DNA from: Candidatus Poseidoniales archaeon
GTDB lineage: Archaea; Thermoplasmatota; Poseidoniia; Poseidoniales; Poseidoniaceae
Assembly: GCA_038144595.1 (NCBI GenBank)
Contig: JAYQOB010000005.1
Location: forward strand, 13,689 to 77,688
Direction of reading: 5' to 3'
Length of the DNA stretch: 64,000 bases
Shown here: piece by piece, positions 50,547-60,788 of the stretch
Numbering within the stretch: position 1 is the stretch's first letter
Layout of the letters: the number at the start of each line of letters is the position of its first letter
Translations under genes and position numbers: made by a program
Notes under the pieces: model-generated
What the model was told of the DNA's origin: nothing
The model's input: only the letters and a program-made list of their open reading frames with translations
Databases searched by the model: none

Positions 50547-51118
50547 CCACAAAGGAAGAAGCACACGAAGCCGTACGAACCTTGCTGGCTTACCTCGAAG
50601 GAGATGAAGCCGTTTCACGAGAAGGTCTGCTCGATACACCCAAGCGAGTCATTGAATCGTGGGATGAAATCTTTGCGGGTTACAAGATGGACGCAAGCGA
50701 GCTGCTCCAGGCAACCTTCAATGCAGAAGGCTACGATGGTATTGTGCTCCTTCGCAACATCGAATTTACATCAACATGTGAACATCACTTGCAACCGTTT
50801 CGTGGCCGAGCACACGTCGGCTACATCCCGGTTGACCGCATTGTGGGCATCAGCAAACTGGCAAGGATTCTGGAATTGCACGCTCGACGCTTGCAAAACC
50901 AAGAGCGGATCACGAAGGGTATCGCAGATGACCTCGTTCGAGAACTTCAACCACTCGGCGCCGCCGTCATCATCGAAGCCGCCCACGGATGCATGCAGTG
51001 CCGAGGCGTCGCAAAGCAGCAAGCCATCATGACCACGTCGGCGATGCGCGGTGTGTTCTTTGACCGCCCTGAGGCCCGTGCAGAACTTATGCAACTCATC
51101 CTACAACCAAACCTGTGA
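50543..51118 (+). CDS. folE: GTP cyclohydrolase I (type IA)
   Basis: REGLLDTPKRV, STCEHHLQPF, GISKLAR, LQNQERIT, HGCMQCRG. Confidence 0.94.
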   Translation: MTTKEEAHEAVRTLLAYLEGDEAVSREGLLDTPKRVIESWDEIFAGYKMDASELLQATFNAEGYDGIVLLRNIEFTSTCEHHLQPFRGRAHVGYIPVDRIVGISKLARILELHARRLQNQERITKGIADDLVRELQPLGAAVIIEAAHGCMQCRGVAKQQAIMTTSAMRGVFFDRPEARAELMQLILQPNL

Positions 51119-51193
51119 GGCTGACAAATGTTGGATGAATCGTGTAGACGATCGGGGGATGGGAACGTGGATGACCCAGCAGACCTCGGTACG

Positions 51194-51787
51194 ATGTACA
51201 ACATCGTTGAGATCTTTCACTCGGTTCAAGGCGAGGGGTTTAGAAGTGGCATACCGCATGTGTTTATCCGGTTTGGACGTTGCAACCTACGCTGCGAGTG
51301 GTGCGATACCGACTTCGATACCTACCAGGAAATGTCGGTCATCGACATTCTCGGTGAAGTCCTCAAGTTTGAATGCAAGAACATCATATTTACCGGAGGG
51401 GAGCCCATGCTCAATGATTTGTGGCCCCTTGCTCGACCCCTGAAGCGACGTGGTTACCACCTTTCTGTCGAGTCCAACGGGACCGTTGAGGTGCCAGAAG
51501 GGTTGTTGGACTGGATCTGCATCTCTCCAAAAGACCAGATGTACCCAAAGGTGGCCATCAAACAACGCACCGGTGATGAACTCAAATGCGTCTATGTGGG
51601 CCAACCGCTGTCCATCTACGACGAATTAAAAACAGGCTTTGAACATCTCTTTCTCCAGCCTTGTTATGATGAAAACGAAAGTGTAGAGAAAAACGGGCGT
51701 TCATTTGCTATCACTGAGGGTGTTGTCAAAGAGAATCCCGAATGGAGGCTTTCACTTCAAACGCACAAATGGATGGGAATCCTATGA
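51194..51787 (+). CDS. queE: 7-carboxy-7-deazaguanine synthase
   Basis: EIFHSVQGEG, CNLRCEWCDT, TGGEP, ESNG, ISPK, LSLQTHK. Confidence 0.93.
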   Translation: MYNIVEIFHSVQGEGFRSGIPHVFIRFGRCNLRCEWCDTDFDTYQEMSVIDILGEVLKFECKNIIFTGGEPMLNDLWPLARPLKRRGYHLSVESNGTVEVPEGLLDWICISPKDQMYPKVAIKQRTGDELKCVYVGQPLSIYDELKTGFEHLFLQPCYDENESVEKNGRSFAITEGVVKENPEWRLSLQTHKWMGIL

Positions 51788-52960
51788 CTAAATCAACCAG
51801 GAACATCGCGGTCATGGCCCTCAGTGGCGGCATGGACTCGACCTCCCTGTTGCTTCATCTCCTGGGCAAAGGGTACGAAGTCACGGCCATTTCGTTCAAT
51901 TACGGACAAAAGCATGTGCTTGAACTCGAGCGCGCATCATTGTTGATCGCCTACCTCGGTGAGCACGACATCACAGTTCGCCACCACATTGCAGACTTGA
52001 CGATCCGCTACGGCGCTGTTCGATAGCCACCTCTTACAGACCGGTGATGAAGTCCCGCGAGGCCACTATGAAGAGGACAACATGAAGGCCACCGTTGTGC
52101 CCAACAGAAACGCTCTGTTCTCCTCACTCCTGTACGGGACAGCACTCTCCATTGCGAATGCCAAGGAGTCGCCATTTGAAGTAGTCTTGGGAGTCCACAG
52201 CGGTGACCATGCCATCTATCCAGATTGCAGGCCCGAATTTTACCGTGCTCTTGAACATGCTTTTGCCATTGGAAATTGGGAGAGCGAACGAGTCACGTTC
52301 ACGCTCCCCTACCTCCACGCTGACAAAACCGGTATCCTCAGAGACGCCGAACAGTCCATCGAATCCCTCGGATTGGATTTTGACGAAGTCTTTCGTCGTA
52401 CATTAACGTCCTACCAGCCCGATGCTGAAGGGCGTTCAGACGGAGCAACCGGTTCGGATGTTGAGCGCATTCTGGCCTTCCACGACATCGGAAGAGAGGA
52501 CCCTGTCGAGTACATGAAGCCGTGGCAGGATGTCCTTGAGGATGCGTTGGAAATTGAACGCATCCATCGCGACGAGGAATACAAAGAACGGCTCACTGAA
52601 CTCCAGTATTACGTGACTCGACAGGCAGGAACGGAACGAGCCTTCACAGGAGAATATTGGAATGAAAAGCGAGCAGGCGACTATCGTTGCATTTGTTGCT
52701 CGACGCTCTTGTTCACATCGACCATGAAATTTGACTCCGGATGCGGATGGCCGTCCTTCCACACGGAGCATACTGAAGCCAACATCCTTCGCATTGAGGA
52801 CCATTCACACGGCATGCATCGAATCGAAGTTCGCTGCAGTTCGTGCGACGCTCACCTCGGGCACGTGTTCAACGACGGACCCGCAGCGTACGGTGGTGAA
52901 CGCTATTGCATCAATTCAGCCTCCTTGGTGTTCGAGGAACAGGACGGTGGACAAGCATGA
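51784..52960 (+). CDS. queC: 7-cyano-7-deazaguanine synthase fused to methionine-R-sulfoxide reductase MsrB; frameshift at ~52003
   Basis: SGGMDS, YGQKH, VPNRN, YPDCRPEF; then in frame GTERAFTG, CICC, KFDSGCGWPSF, CSSC, HLGHVF, RYCINS. Confidence 0.9.
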
Positions 52961-53415
52961 CGACAACGATTCGAAGGTACGTAGAAACGGATACTGGGCA
53001 CAGGGTGCCAAACCACAAATCAAAATGCAAGCACCTTCATGGCCATCGATATCGTTTTGAAGCGGAAATTGAGGGAGATGTCGTGGACGTTTCGGGTGTG
53101 TCAGAGGAAGGCATGCTCATGGATTTCTCTGACGTGAGCAGCATCCTTATGCAACACGTTCACGATGTCATTGACCATGCCTTTGTCGTGTACGAAGGAG
53201 ATATGGACGCCATCGCAGCCTGTCAGCACATGGGTGATTCACACCGAACGGTGGTGGTTCCGTTCATCCCCACGGCTGAAAACCTTGCAAAATGGGCATT
53301 CGATGCCGTCGCCCCCCACATCACCTCGGCGTACGGTAATCGTCTACGGTTGGTCGCCATGCACTGCAGGGAGACCCCGAAATCAATCGCTACGTGGCGA
53401 CCGGTTCTATCGTAA
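52957..53415 (+). CDS. queD: 6-carboxytetrahydropterin synthase
   Basis: GHRV, CKHLHGHRY, GMLMDF, DH, PTAENLA, ETP. Confidence 0.92.
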   Translation: MTTTIRRYVETDTGHRVPNHKSKCKHLHGHRYRFEAEIEGDVVDVSGVSEEGMLMDFSDVSSILMQHVHDVIDHAFVVYEGDMDAIAACQHMGDSHRTVVVPFIPTAENLAKWAFDAVAPHITSAYGNRLRLVAMHCRETPKSIATWRPVLS

Positions 53416-54231
53416 TTTACGGCGGTGTTCCTTTCGCCACGATTCGTCGCCGGACGCGAATTCCATCGCACTGGTCGCCTCCACCAGGGCACCGATCAGT
53501 CGAGTTGACTCTTCGGTGCTTGGAGACCCTTTCAGCAACGTTCGTTTGAGGGTTTGCTCAACGGAGGAACGGCGGGCTTCAGATGTTCCAGTCGCAGCAG
53601 AAAACTGCTCGATGGCTCTGATCAACATTTCACGCACTTTCGGTTCGAGAGCTGGCTGGAGCGGGACAATGTCGGGCAATCCGGGGTCAAGGCCTTGCCG
53701 CTCAAGGACTCGAGACCGATGAACTTCGTAGAGGACAGCGTTCACGGCGTGACTGAGGTTGGCGATCGGGTATCCCTCCCATGTGGGCAGCGTCACAAAG
53801 AAATCACATTGCTCAAGGTCTGAAGTGGACAGTCCTTTGCCCTCTTCGCCGAAGACAACAGCGACGCGGCCACCGGCCTGGGACAATCGCTCAACCATGT
53901 CCCAAGGAAACAGAAAATGGCGAAAAAGGGTTTTTTCCCCAACTTCACGCTTTCCGGAGGTCCCAACCACAGCCGAACAATCCGACGTAGCATCGCGGAT
54001 GGATTCATGGATGCTCAGTTCATCGAGGAGCCGGGCTGCATGCTTCGCTCGTGCACGGGTCTCACCTTCCGTGGGTGAGCAACGAGGTGTCACCAAACGC
54101 AGATCGTCGAAGCCGTAATTCAACATGCTGCGGCAAATCGCACCGAGATTTCCGGGGTGTGTGACACCAACCAGAACAACGGTCAGTCCAAACGGTCCCT
54201 TAGGAAGCGGAATGTCTTGACGTTCTCCCAT
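53407..54231 (-). CDS. trmJ: SPOUT tRNA (C/U32) 2'-O-methyltransferase, TrmJ family
   Basis: PGNLGAICRSMLNYG, VFGEEGKGL, YPIANLSHAV. Confidence 0.85.
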   Translation of the reverse strand: MGERQDIPLPKGPFGLTVVLVGVTHPGNLGAICRSMLNYGFDDLRLVTPRCSPTEGETRARAKHAARLLDELSIHESIRDATSDCSAVVGTSGKREVGEKTLFRHFLFPWDMVERLSQAGGRVAVVFGEEGKGLSTSDLEQCDFFVTLPTWEGYPIANLSHAVNAVLYEVHRSRVLERQGLDPGLPDIVPLQPALEPKVREMLIRAIEQFSAATGTSEARRSSVEQTLKRTLLKGSPSTEESTRLIGALVEATSAMEFASGDESWRKEHRRKLR

Positions 54232-54234
54232 GGT

Positions 54235-54453
54235 TTACTCACCCTGCTCGTTCAAAAACGACGAAATCCACCGAGGATCGCACGTCTGGTAGAGAAAGAA
54301 GAGAAAACCGCCGTGTTCACGGTCCGGCATCACCAGCGATCGTTTTCGAAGGTTGTGTTGCTGGCGAAGATGCAGAATCAACAGTTCGAGGTCTTCCTGA
54401 TTATCACCATGGACGCTGACCGGTTGACGGTCCCAGTCAACCCAAATCGGCAC
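54235..54453 (-). CDS. Small hypothetical protein (~72 aa)
   Basis: GTG start (MPIWVDWD...) just after the rps17e stop; ends 3 nt before trmJ. Confidence 0.6.
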   Translation of the reverse strand: MPIWVDWDRQPVSVHGDNQEDLELLILHLRQQHNLRKRSLVMPDREHGGFLFFLYQTCDPRWISSFLNEQGE

Positions 54454-54463
54454 GCGAACACCA

Positions 54464-54655
54464 TCAATCGGTGCGGCGCTGTCGGTAGCGGGTGACGTAG
54501 CCTGCAATCCAGTTGCGGAGCTTCTTCGAAGAGACGTCGGTGAGTTCGGACACCATGTGCTTGTTGTGGTCGAAATCATCGGTGAACTTCTCACCGTGTT
54601 CCTCACAGAGGCGGATGGCTCGGATTTTGATAAAACTTGGACGAATATTTCCCAT
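54464..54655 (-). CDS. rps17e: 30S ribosomal protein S17e
   Basis: [32 protein letters not shown]. Confidence 0.95.
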   Translation of the reverse strand: MGNIRPSFIKIRAIRLCEEHGEKFTDDFDHNKHMVSELTDVSSKKLRNWIAGYVTRYRQRRTD

Positions 54656-54660
54656 GCATT

Positions 54661-54936
54661 TCACTCCTTCATCAATTTCACTTCAACGGGGAAGTCGGGT
54701 TCATCGTGGCGGATGCACAACAGACGAACCTTGCGTGGCGGGTTCTCAATGCCTCGCTTCCAAATGTGCTCGTTGACCTCGGGGTCAATGTAGAGTTCCT
54801 CATCCTCTCGCACCTTCAGGTGGCGGATGACTTGCTCACGAATGATTTGCATGGCGCGAGGTGCGCGCTTGTAGCGGGTGATGTTCCATGCGTTGCGCAG
54901 GGGAACGATGAGTTCTGATTCGTTGGGACGTGCCAT
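54661..54936 (-). CDS. rpl31e: 50S ribosomal protein L31e
   Basis: [32 protein letters not shown]. Confidence 0.95.
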   Translation of the reverse strand: MARPNESELIVPLRNAWNITRYKRAPRAMQIIREQVIRHLKVREDEELYIDPEVNEHIWKRGIENPPRKVRLLCIRHDEPDFPVEVKLMKE

Positions 54937-54946
54937 TCATCTCACC

Positions 54947-55102
54947 TCATCGTTGCAACTTGCTGCGTCGCCATTGGTGTCGCTTGGGGTGCGATACCGT
55001 GTTTCGGTCGGTCTTGAGCATGACCCACACGGGGACACGCCGGTTCTGCTTTCCTGCCTTCAAGAGGCGAATTTTCTTTGCTGCTGGCTTATTTTTTGAC
55101 AT
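54947..55102 (-). CDS. rpl39e: 50S ribosomal protein L39e
   Basis: [23 protein letters not shown]...[12 protein letters not shown]. Confidence 0.95.
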   Translation of the reverse strand: MSKNKPAAKKIRLLKAGKQNRRVPVWVMLKTDRNTVSHPKRHQWRRSKLQR

Positions 55103-55115
55103 TTCGAGCACCTTC

Positions 55116-55484
55116 TCAGATTCTCCTAACGGACGCATTGCTGCGGCTCTTGGACAGTTGGGTGAGGATCTGCTTCAATGCAGCATCGCTCATGGGGCTT
55201 TCAAATCCACCTTGTTCGGCCATAGCGGCCAAGTCGGCCTTGATGGAAGCCGCTCGCTTGGGTTCGACGAGGGCAATCCGAGCAAGGCGAGATCGAGCGT
55301 CTGGCGTCAGATGGCGACGTAGAACAGCGTCAACGTTCGCGGCCTGAACAGCTTCTTGTTGTGCCTGCTCTTCGGCTTCGAGTTGTTGGGTGGCTTGTGC
55401 TTGAAGTTGGTCTTGAAGTTGCTTCATTCGGCGTGCACGAAGGGTGGCCAACTCGTCATCGTGGTTGGCCGTCATGGTGGTCAC
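55116..55484 (-). CDS. PDCD5/TFAR19-like DNA-binding protein
   Basis: [31 protein letters not shown]; usual position downstream of rps19e. Confidence 0.88.
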   Translation of the reverse strand: MTTMTANHDDELATLRARRMKQLQDQLQAQATQQLEAEEQAQQEAVQAANVDAVLRRHLTPDARSRLARIALVEPKRAASIKADLAAMAEQGGFESPMSDAALKQILTQLSKSRSNASVRRI

Positions 55485-55501
55485 GCTCTCACTTCCCGTG
55501 G

Positions 55502-55993
55502 TCAGTACTTGGCCAAGCCGGGGTACTGTGCTTCGGCTTCTTCACGAACGGAAAGAGCCACGTTGTCAACGAGTTTTTGGCCCGCAGCCGTGATTCGACG
55601 ACCAGCGTAGAGTTGCACTTTGCCGTCAACGCCCTCAACCTCTTTGGTGGGGACTTTTTCGACCAGTCCGGCATCTTCGAGTTGTTGAAGGGCCGTGCGG
55701 ATGATGTGTCGGGAGGCCACACCGGGGGTGTTGGGCATGGCGCCGTTGTCCTTCTTACCACCGAACGCCTGGGCGAGATGGGTCACGCCGACAGGGCCGT
55801 TTCGGGCCACTTTGCGGAGGATGGCGGCGGTGCGGAGGTACCACCAGTTGTCTTGGGTTGGCGGTCGCTCTCGGTCGACAGCCGTCTTGACGTATTGCCC
55901 CCAGTCGGGCATTGAAATGGCCGATTGGTCAGCCATGGCTTCGGCAAGGGCCGGGTTGAAGAGGTCGGCGGGGATGTCATAGACGGTCGTCAT
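55502..55993 (-). CDS. rps19e: 30S ribosomal protein S19e
   Basis: TVYDIPA, VKT...ERPP, WWYLRTAAILRK, IIRTALQQLE, GRRIT. Confidence 0.95.
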   Translation of the reverse strand: MTTVYDIPADLFNPALAEAMADQSAISMPDWGQYVKTAVDRERPPTQDNWWYLRTAAILRKVARNGPVGVTHLAQAFGGKKDNGAMPNTPGVASRHIIRTALQQLEDAGLVEKVPTKEVEGVDGKVQLYAGRRITAAGQKLVDNVALSVREEAEAQYPGLAKY

Positions 55994-56133
55994 CGTGATA
56001 CACCAAGCAACTTGCCGACCGTCCGCCCCTATATGAAAACAGCGGGTCAAGCCCTCGTTCAGACCAACCCGATTTGGACTGCGCAAGCCACCGGATACAA
56101 GCCTTCTAAAACAGCCGTTTGTTGGCAGATACG

Positions 56134-56990
56134 ATGAAGAAAGCGTTGGCCCAAAACCCCAACCTGTTGAGGACGCTCATCGGTTTGTCCCTGACGCTTA
56201 TTTTCATGCTGTCGTACGCGGTGTATGGGGCTACCGTTTCGCCGTCGGTCTACATTTACCAAACCGAACCAACCGTTGACCAGTACAATGCTGCGGAAGC
56301 GGATGAGGACGTCATGAGGGATCCTACGACGACGACTCCAACACCACGACCTGGGCGTGGCAAGTCATCGCCAACGATGCCAACCTCACTTGGGTGAACA
56401 TCACAGCCACAGAACTTGCGCCGGGCGCTGTCTTGCGGGTGACCAACGTGGCCATGCTCTACAGCCACGAGCTCCTCGGCAACACCTATGACCTCCAAAA
56501 TCCACTCGAGGAGGAATTTTCGTGTGCAGACTTGTGTGACTATGCATCGTCGCATGAACGTACGACCGAGGACGGCGGCACCATTGAATTTCATGCCCTG
56601 ACATCCGTTGACCCTGCCCGACGGTCCAACGGGTCAATTTTTGCTGAAGACCTCGCCGAAGCAGAAGAAAAGGCACGAAATGCCATTGCCTACACCCACT
56701 CTCCATCGATCATTCGAATCGAAATTGTTGAAGATGGAAACCGTACAACGGAACCCAGCATCTCGGCCGAAACTGTCAACGAAGCGTTCGGGAGTGTTGA
56801 GGTCTTTTCCGTTGACGCAGGTACCGAATTCCTTTGGGCGCTCGCCGCCGTCGTGGGATGTTTCTCCATGGTCCTCATCCCTTCCTTCACCGTGTACTTT
56901 GCTGCACGCGCCAAAGAAAAGCGCGACGAGGCCAAACTTGAACTGGCCAAGGCACAAGTCGAAGCCACCTTTGAGACGGATGAAGCCTGA
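56134..56990 (+). CDS. Hypothetical membrane protein (N- and C-terminal TM); frameshift at ~56320
   Basis: ORFs 56119-56397 and 56394-56990 join via SYDDDSNTTTWAWQV in the downstream frame. Confidence 0.7.
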
Positions 56991-57038
56991 CGAAAGCACG
57001 ACATTGGCACTAAATAGATAGACCAACATACCCCAATT

Positions 57039-60000
57039 ATGGGGACGATGAAATCCGCTGCGGCTGCACTGGTGCTGTTGTTCGTCTTGAGTTCCATGTC
57101 CGTGGCAGGACCGCACCTTCTTCCCGAACAAACGGTGTATGAGAGCCCAACCAACCCAACGGGTGTGGATCTTCGAGTTGTGTCCGTCAGCGTGGAATAC
57201 ACCAACAGCGCAGACGAAGGGAAGTACAAGATGTTCTCATCTAATCATCCCATCCTCGGGTTCAACCGCCCAGCAGAGTTGTTTGTCATCGATGCCATGG
57301 TGAACACTTCGGCAACCCTGACGGTCACGGTCGAAAACATTGGAACGGCCTCATCAGGGACCATTGATGTGAACGTGCTCCTCCTCCATGACGACTACGA
57401 CTACTTCGAATTCGCTAATTCGACCGTCCAAATGGCGGCCCTTGCGGGAGGAAGCAGCAACTCGGTCAACGTACAGGTTGTTCCGGGCTATGCGGGAAAT
57501 CACACCCTTGGAGTCCAGGCAACGCCTACGATTTCCGACGACAACCCGAGCAACAACGCACGGCAACAACCGTTCACCGTTGGCCATACCTACTTCAACT
57601 GCGATTCGTCGACTGCGTGGTCGTTTGGAAGTGGATGGATGTTGTCAACCGACACCTCGATTTCGCAAGGACGAAGTTGCCACGCCGGCAACGGACAATC
57701 ATCGAATTACAACAACAACGTGGTCGCTGCGTTGACCACACCGGTGATGGACATGTCCGATGCGCTCACCAATCCGACCAGGACCAACGGCGTCTCGTTT
57801 TTCTACACGGGTTCGACGGCTGCCAACGACAAACTGACCATCCACGGCAAAAACGCCTTCGGCGCATGGGCTGAAGTGGGTTCGATCACAGGGACGATTG
57901 ACAACGTCTTCACGGACGGTGCAAACTGGCAGACATTCAGTGTCTCGAACAAAGGTCACAACTCACCGCTGATTCCCGTTGCCGATGAGTTGTTCCATGC
58001 CAACTCTCAGTTCAAATTCGAATTTACATCCGATGCAACAGGAACGGACATCGGCTTCTACATTGATGACACCGTTTTTGTCTACGAACAAAAGGTGCGC
58101 CCCGAGGAGTTTAACGTCTCTGCCCAGGGCATCTCAACCAACGGAGCCATACCGGGTGAATGGGGCAACATTTCTCTGAACATTATCAACACGGGAAACA
58201 TCTCTGAAACGTTCATTCCACGCTTGGAGGGCCTGCCCGAAGGTTGGAATGCGTACTACACGAGACCGTCCGGCACGAGTTTTGACCCGAATGGAGGGTT
58301 GCTTTCTCGACCGGGTGACCCAGCAGGGTTCAGCATCATGATTCAACCCGACCTCAATGCCAGCCTCGGATTCCAGCAAATGACGGTCAACATCACTTCG
58401 GTACAATACCCAAGCGTGTATGCGGTCCTCCCTGTACAATTCTTGGTCAAAGCGGACCGAATTCCCGTGATCATTCCACCGTCCGTCAGACCAAGCTGTC
58501 CACCCGGATACACGTGCACGTTTGAGGTTGGCTTGACGAACGAAGGTGGCGCCACGGATGTCTTTGACGTGACACTGGACACGACAACCATCCCGAATGA
58601 TTGGAGCGTTGGTCTTGCCTGGAGTCAAGACAGTTCGGTGTTGCTCCGACCCAATGAGACGGTGCAAGCGTTGTTCACCCTGACGACCCCAACCGACGCT
58701 GCGCCAGATACCGTCGTGGAATTTGATCTCAGTCTGACCTCCCAGAACGATACATCGAGAAGCGATGTCAAGTCCATTCCGGTGTCAGCGTCCATGGTCA
58801 GCATCGCCGATGTCGCCCTTAACATGGCCAGTGAAGAAGACATTCATTACGTCAATGCGGGAGATCAAGTGGTCCTCAAATACACCATTTGGAACAATGC
58901 GACACGACAGGACATCTTCTCCATGCGGGTGAATGTTGAGCAACTCGGAGGCTGGACCGTTCATCAACCAACACGTCCAGATGCCGTATTGAACCCGGGA
59001 GCGACCACCACCTTTGAGATCACCATCGATGTGCCTACCGACGCCCGGGCAGATGAAGCAGGACCGATGATCACGCCTGTTCTTGAATCCAAGCGCAGTT
59101 TCATGGAAATTGAAGGCGATTCGTACGGGGGCTTACGGGTCCGAGCTGTTCATGACCTCAACCTCGAACTGGTCGATGCGCCTACGAAACTGAAACCAGG
59201 CGTCTCCAACGAACTGCACTGGCGTATTACCAACGATGGAAACGGACCAGCCATGGCCGTCATCAAACCCGTTGATGTCAGTGAAGCATGGGATTGGTGG
59301 ATACAGGAAGATGGAATCAACATCACCGGACCGGTGCGTCTCGATGGAACACCGCAAGCACCCAACGAGAGAAACATCAGCATGTGGTTGATGATCCCGC
59401 TTGACACGCCGGCCGGCGGGTTGAACACATTCACGGTTGAACTCACGCATCAAAACGGTGAATTGGACTTGACCCCAGAGAACAATGCCGCAGAGGTGAT
59501 TATGTCAACTGAGGCGGTTCGGATTCCATCATTGCAACTCATGGACCAGAGCACTGCTGCGATGGCAGGCACCACCATCTTCGCAAAGGCCATCATCCAG
59601 AACGATGGCAACGCACCTGAATCACGGTTGACATCCGTTGGCCGGGTTTCATCAACGCCACCTGTTCCTGGCCTTGTAGTGTTTTACAGCGTGGACGGGG
59701 CCGACCTACCGGTTGATACATCATCGCCGCTACTTATCGGTGCAGGTGATTCACAAGTTCTTCAGCTGGAGGTGCTCATCCCAGAGGGCGCATCGTTGAA
59801 CACTCGGTTTGTCCTTGAATTCGAAATCCTTGGTGTCGTGGACGATGAGGGCTTACCCGTTCAAATGAAAACACAAGCCCTTGTCATGCTCAACCAACAA
59901 CGAAGCCTTGCTTCAGAAGCTGGACTGATGCTCCAAGGAGAGGTGGCGCACGGAACGGCTGCCCCCGTCCAAGTCAACGTGACGTCCACGTCGACCATGA

Positions 60001-60593
60001 ACGAACAAATCATCGTCAATATGGAAGGGGAAATCGGGTGGCAGGTCACGTGCAACAAAATCTTGGTGAATCAAACGGGTGTAACGGTGATGCTACCTCC
60101 CGGCCATATCACGCCGCAATTATCGACGCAACGGTGTGAGATCTTGCGACTCAATGGCCCACAACAAGGGGAACTCACCGTCACCGTTTCCAGCGTCGAC
60201 GGCTTCTTGCTTGACACGCACACGCTCACCATGACGTTCGATTCAGCACCAGAAGCCGACACCATGAGTGGCGCCCTCGTGGCCGCAGGTGGTGGTGGGT
60301 TGCTCATCATGTTGGGATTGACGGTGCTTCTGATGCGAAGACGATCCATTGGACCGATCGAGTATGAGGAAGAACTCCAGCAAGCCACACAGCCGGCGGG
60401 ACCACCGGTATCAACCACCTCTTCCGGGAAGGAGGTCCCCGGAATCGAACAAGAAACCACGCCTGTCGAACCCCTCAGCCCCAACCAGGAAGTCGTGGCT
60501 GGACCGCCGATTCCGGAGGGCGGCATCCCCGCAGGATGGACCCAAGAGCAATGGCAGTATTACGGCCAGCAATACCTTGATGGGACCTTGTGA
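57039..60593 (+). CDS. Large secreted, membrane-anchored protein with CARDB/NEW3-like Ig folds and a Pro-rich cytoplasmic tail
   Basis: Signal peptide; VTVENIG, IINTGNISE...GLPEGW, LTNEGGATDVF repeats; TM followed by RRR; terminal GGIPAGWTQEQWQYYGQQYL. Confidence 0.85.
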   Translation: MGTMKSAAAALVLLFVLSSMSVAGPHLLPEQTVYESPTNPTGVDLRVVSVSVEYTNSADEGKYKMFSSNHPILGFNRPAELFVIDAMVNTSATLTVTVENIGTASSGTIDVNVLLLHDDYDYFEFANSTVQMAALAGGSSNSVNVQVVPGYAGNHTLGVQATPTISDDNPSNNARQQPFTVGHTYFNCDSSTAWSFGSGWMLSTDTSISQGRSCHAGNGQSSNYNNNVVAALTTPVMDMSDALTNPTRTNGVSFFYTGSTAANDKLTIHGKNAFGAWAEVGSITGTIDNVFTDGANWQTFSVSNKGHNSPLIPVADELFHANSQFKFEFTSDATGTDIGFYIDDTVFVYEQKVRPEEFNVSAQGISTNGAIPGEWGNISLNIINTGNISETFIPRLEGLPEGWNAYYTRPSGTSFDPNGGLLSRPGDPAGFSIMIQPDLNASLGFQQMTVNITSVQYPSVYAVLPVQFLVKADRIPVIIPPSVRPSCPPGYTCTFEVGLTNEGGATDVFDVTLDTTTIPNDWSVGLAWSQDSSVLLRPNETVQALFTLTTPTDAAPDTVVEFDLSLTSQNDTSRSDVKSIPVSASMVSIADVALNMASEEDIHYVNAGDQVVLKYTIWNNATRQDIFSMRVNVEQLGGWTVHQPTRPDAVLNPGATTTFEITIDVPTDARADEAGPMITPVLESKRSFMEIEGDSYGGLRVRAVHDLNLELVDAPTKLKPGVSNELHWRITNDGNGPAMAVIKPVDVSEAWDWWIQEDGINITGPVRLDGTPQAPNERNISMWLMIPLDTPAGGLNTFTVELTHQNGELDLTPENNAAEVIMSTEAVRIPSLQLMDQSTAAMAGTTIFAKAIIQNDGNAPESRLTSVGRVSSTPPVPGLVVFYSVDGADLPVDTSSPLLIGAGDSQVLQLEVLIPEGASLNTRFVLEFEILGVVDDEGLPVQMKTQALVMLNQQRSLASEAGLMLQGEVAHGTAAPVQVNVTSTSTMNEQIIVNMEGEIGWQVTCNKILVNQTGVTVMLPPGHITPQLSTQRCEILRLNGPQQGELTVTVSSVDGFLLDTHTLTMTFDSAPEADTMSGALVAAGGGGLLIMLGLTVLLMRRRSIGPIEYEEELQQATQPAGPPVSTTSSGKEVPGIEQETTPVEPLSPNQEVVAGPPIPEGGIPAGWTQEQWQYYGQQYLDGTL

Positions 60594-60605
60594 GAAGCCG
60601 ACGGT

Positions 60606-60779
60606 ATGGCCACCTACCCGCCTGCATGGTATGAGCTCTGGGTGGTCGTTGCTGCATGCGGTGTCGGGACATGGTACCTGCGACACTTTTCGACACGCGT
60701 TCAAACAACCCGGACCATCGCTCTTCTCGGAACGGCAGCCATGCTGACGCTTCTTGTGTGGACATGGATTGAATTTTGA
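60606..60779 (+). CDS. 57-aa two-TM microprotein (absent from the ORF track)
   Basis: MATYPPAWYELWVVVAACGVGTWYLRHFSTRVQTTRTIALLGTAAMLTLLVWTWIEF; fills the gap with 12 and 9 nt spacers. Confidence 0.7.
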   Translation: MATYPPAWYELWVVVAACGVGTWYLRHFSTRVQTTRTIALLGTAAMLTLLVWTWIEF

Positions 60780-60788
60780 GGTGGCTTC

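Noticed and set aside
50543-53415. preQ0 genes as a 7-deazaguanine DNA-modification (dpd) defence island
   Set aside because: No dpdA/TGT-like or other dpd genes nearby; the housekeeping context favours archaeosine supply.
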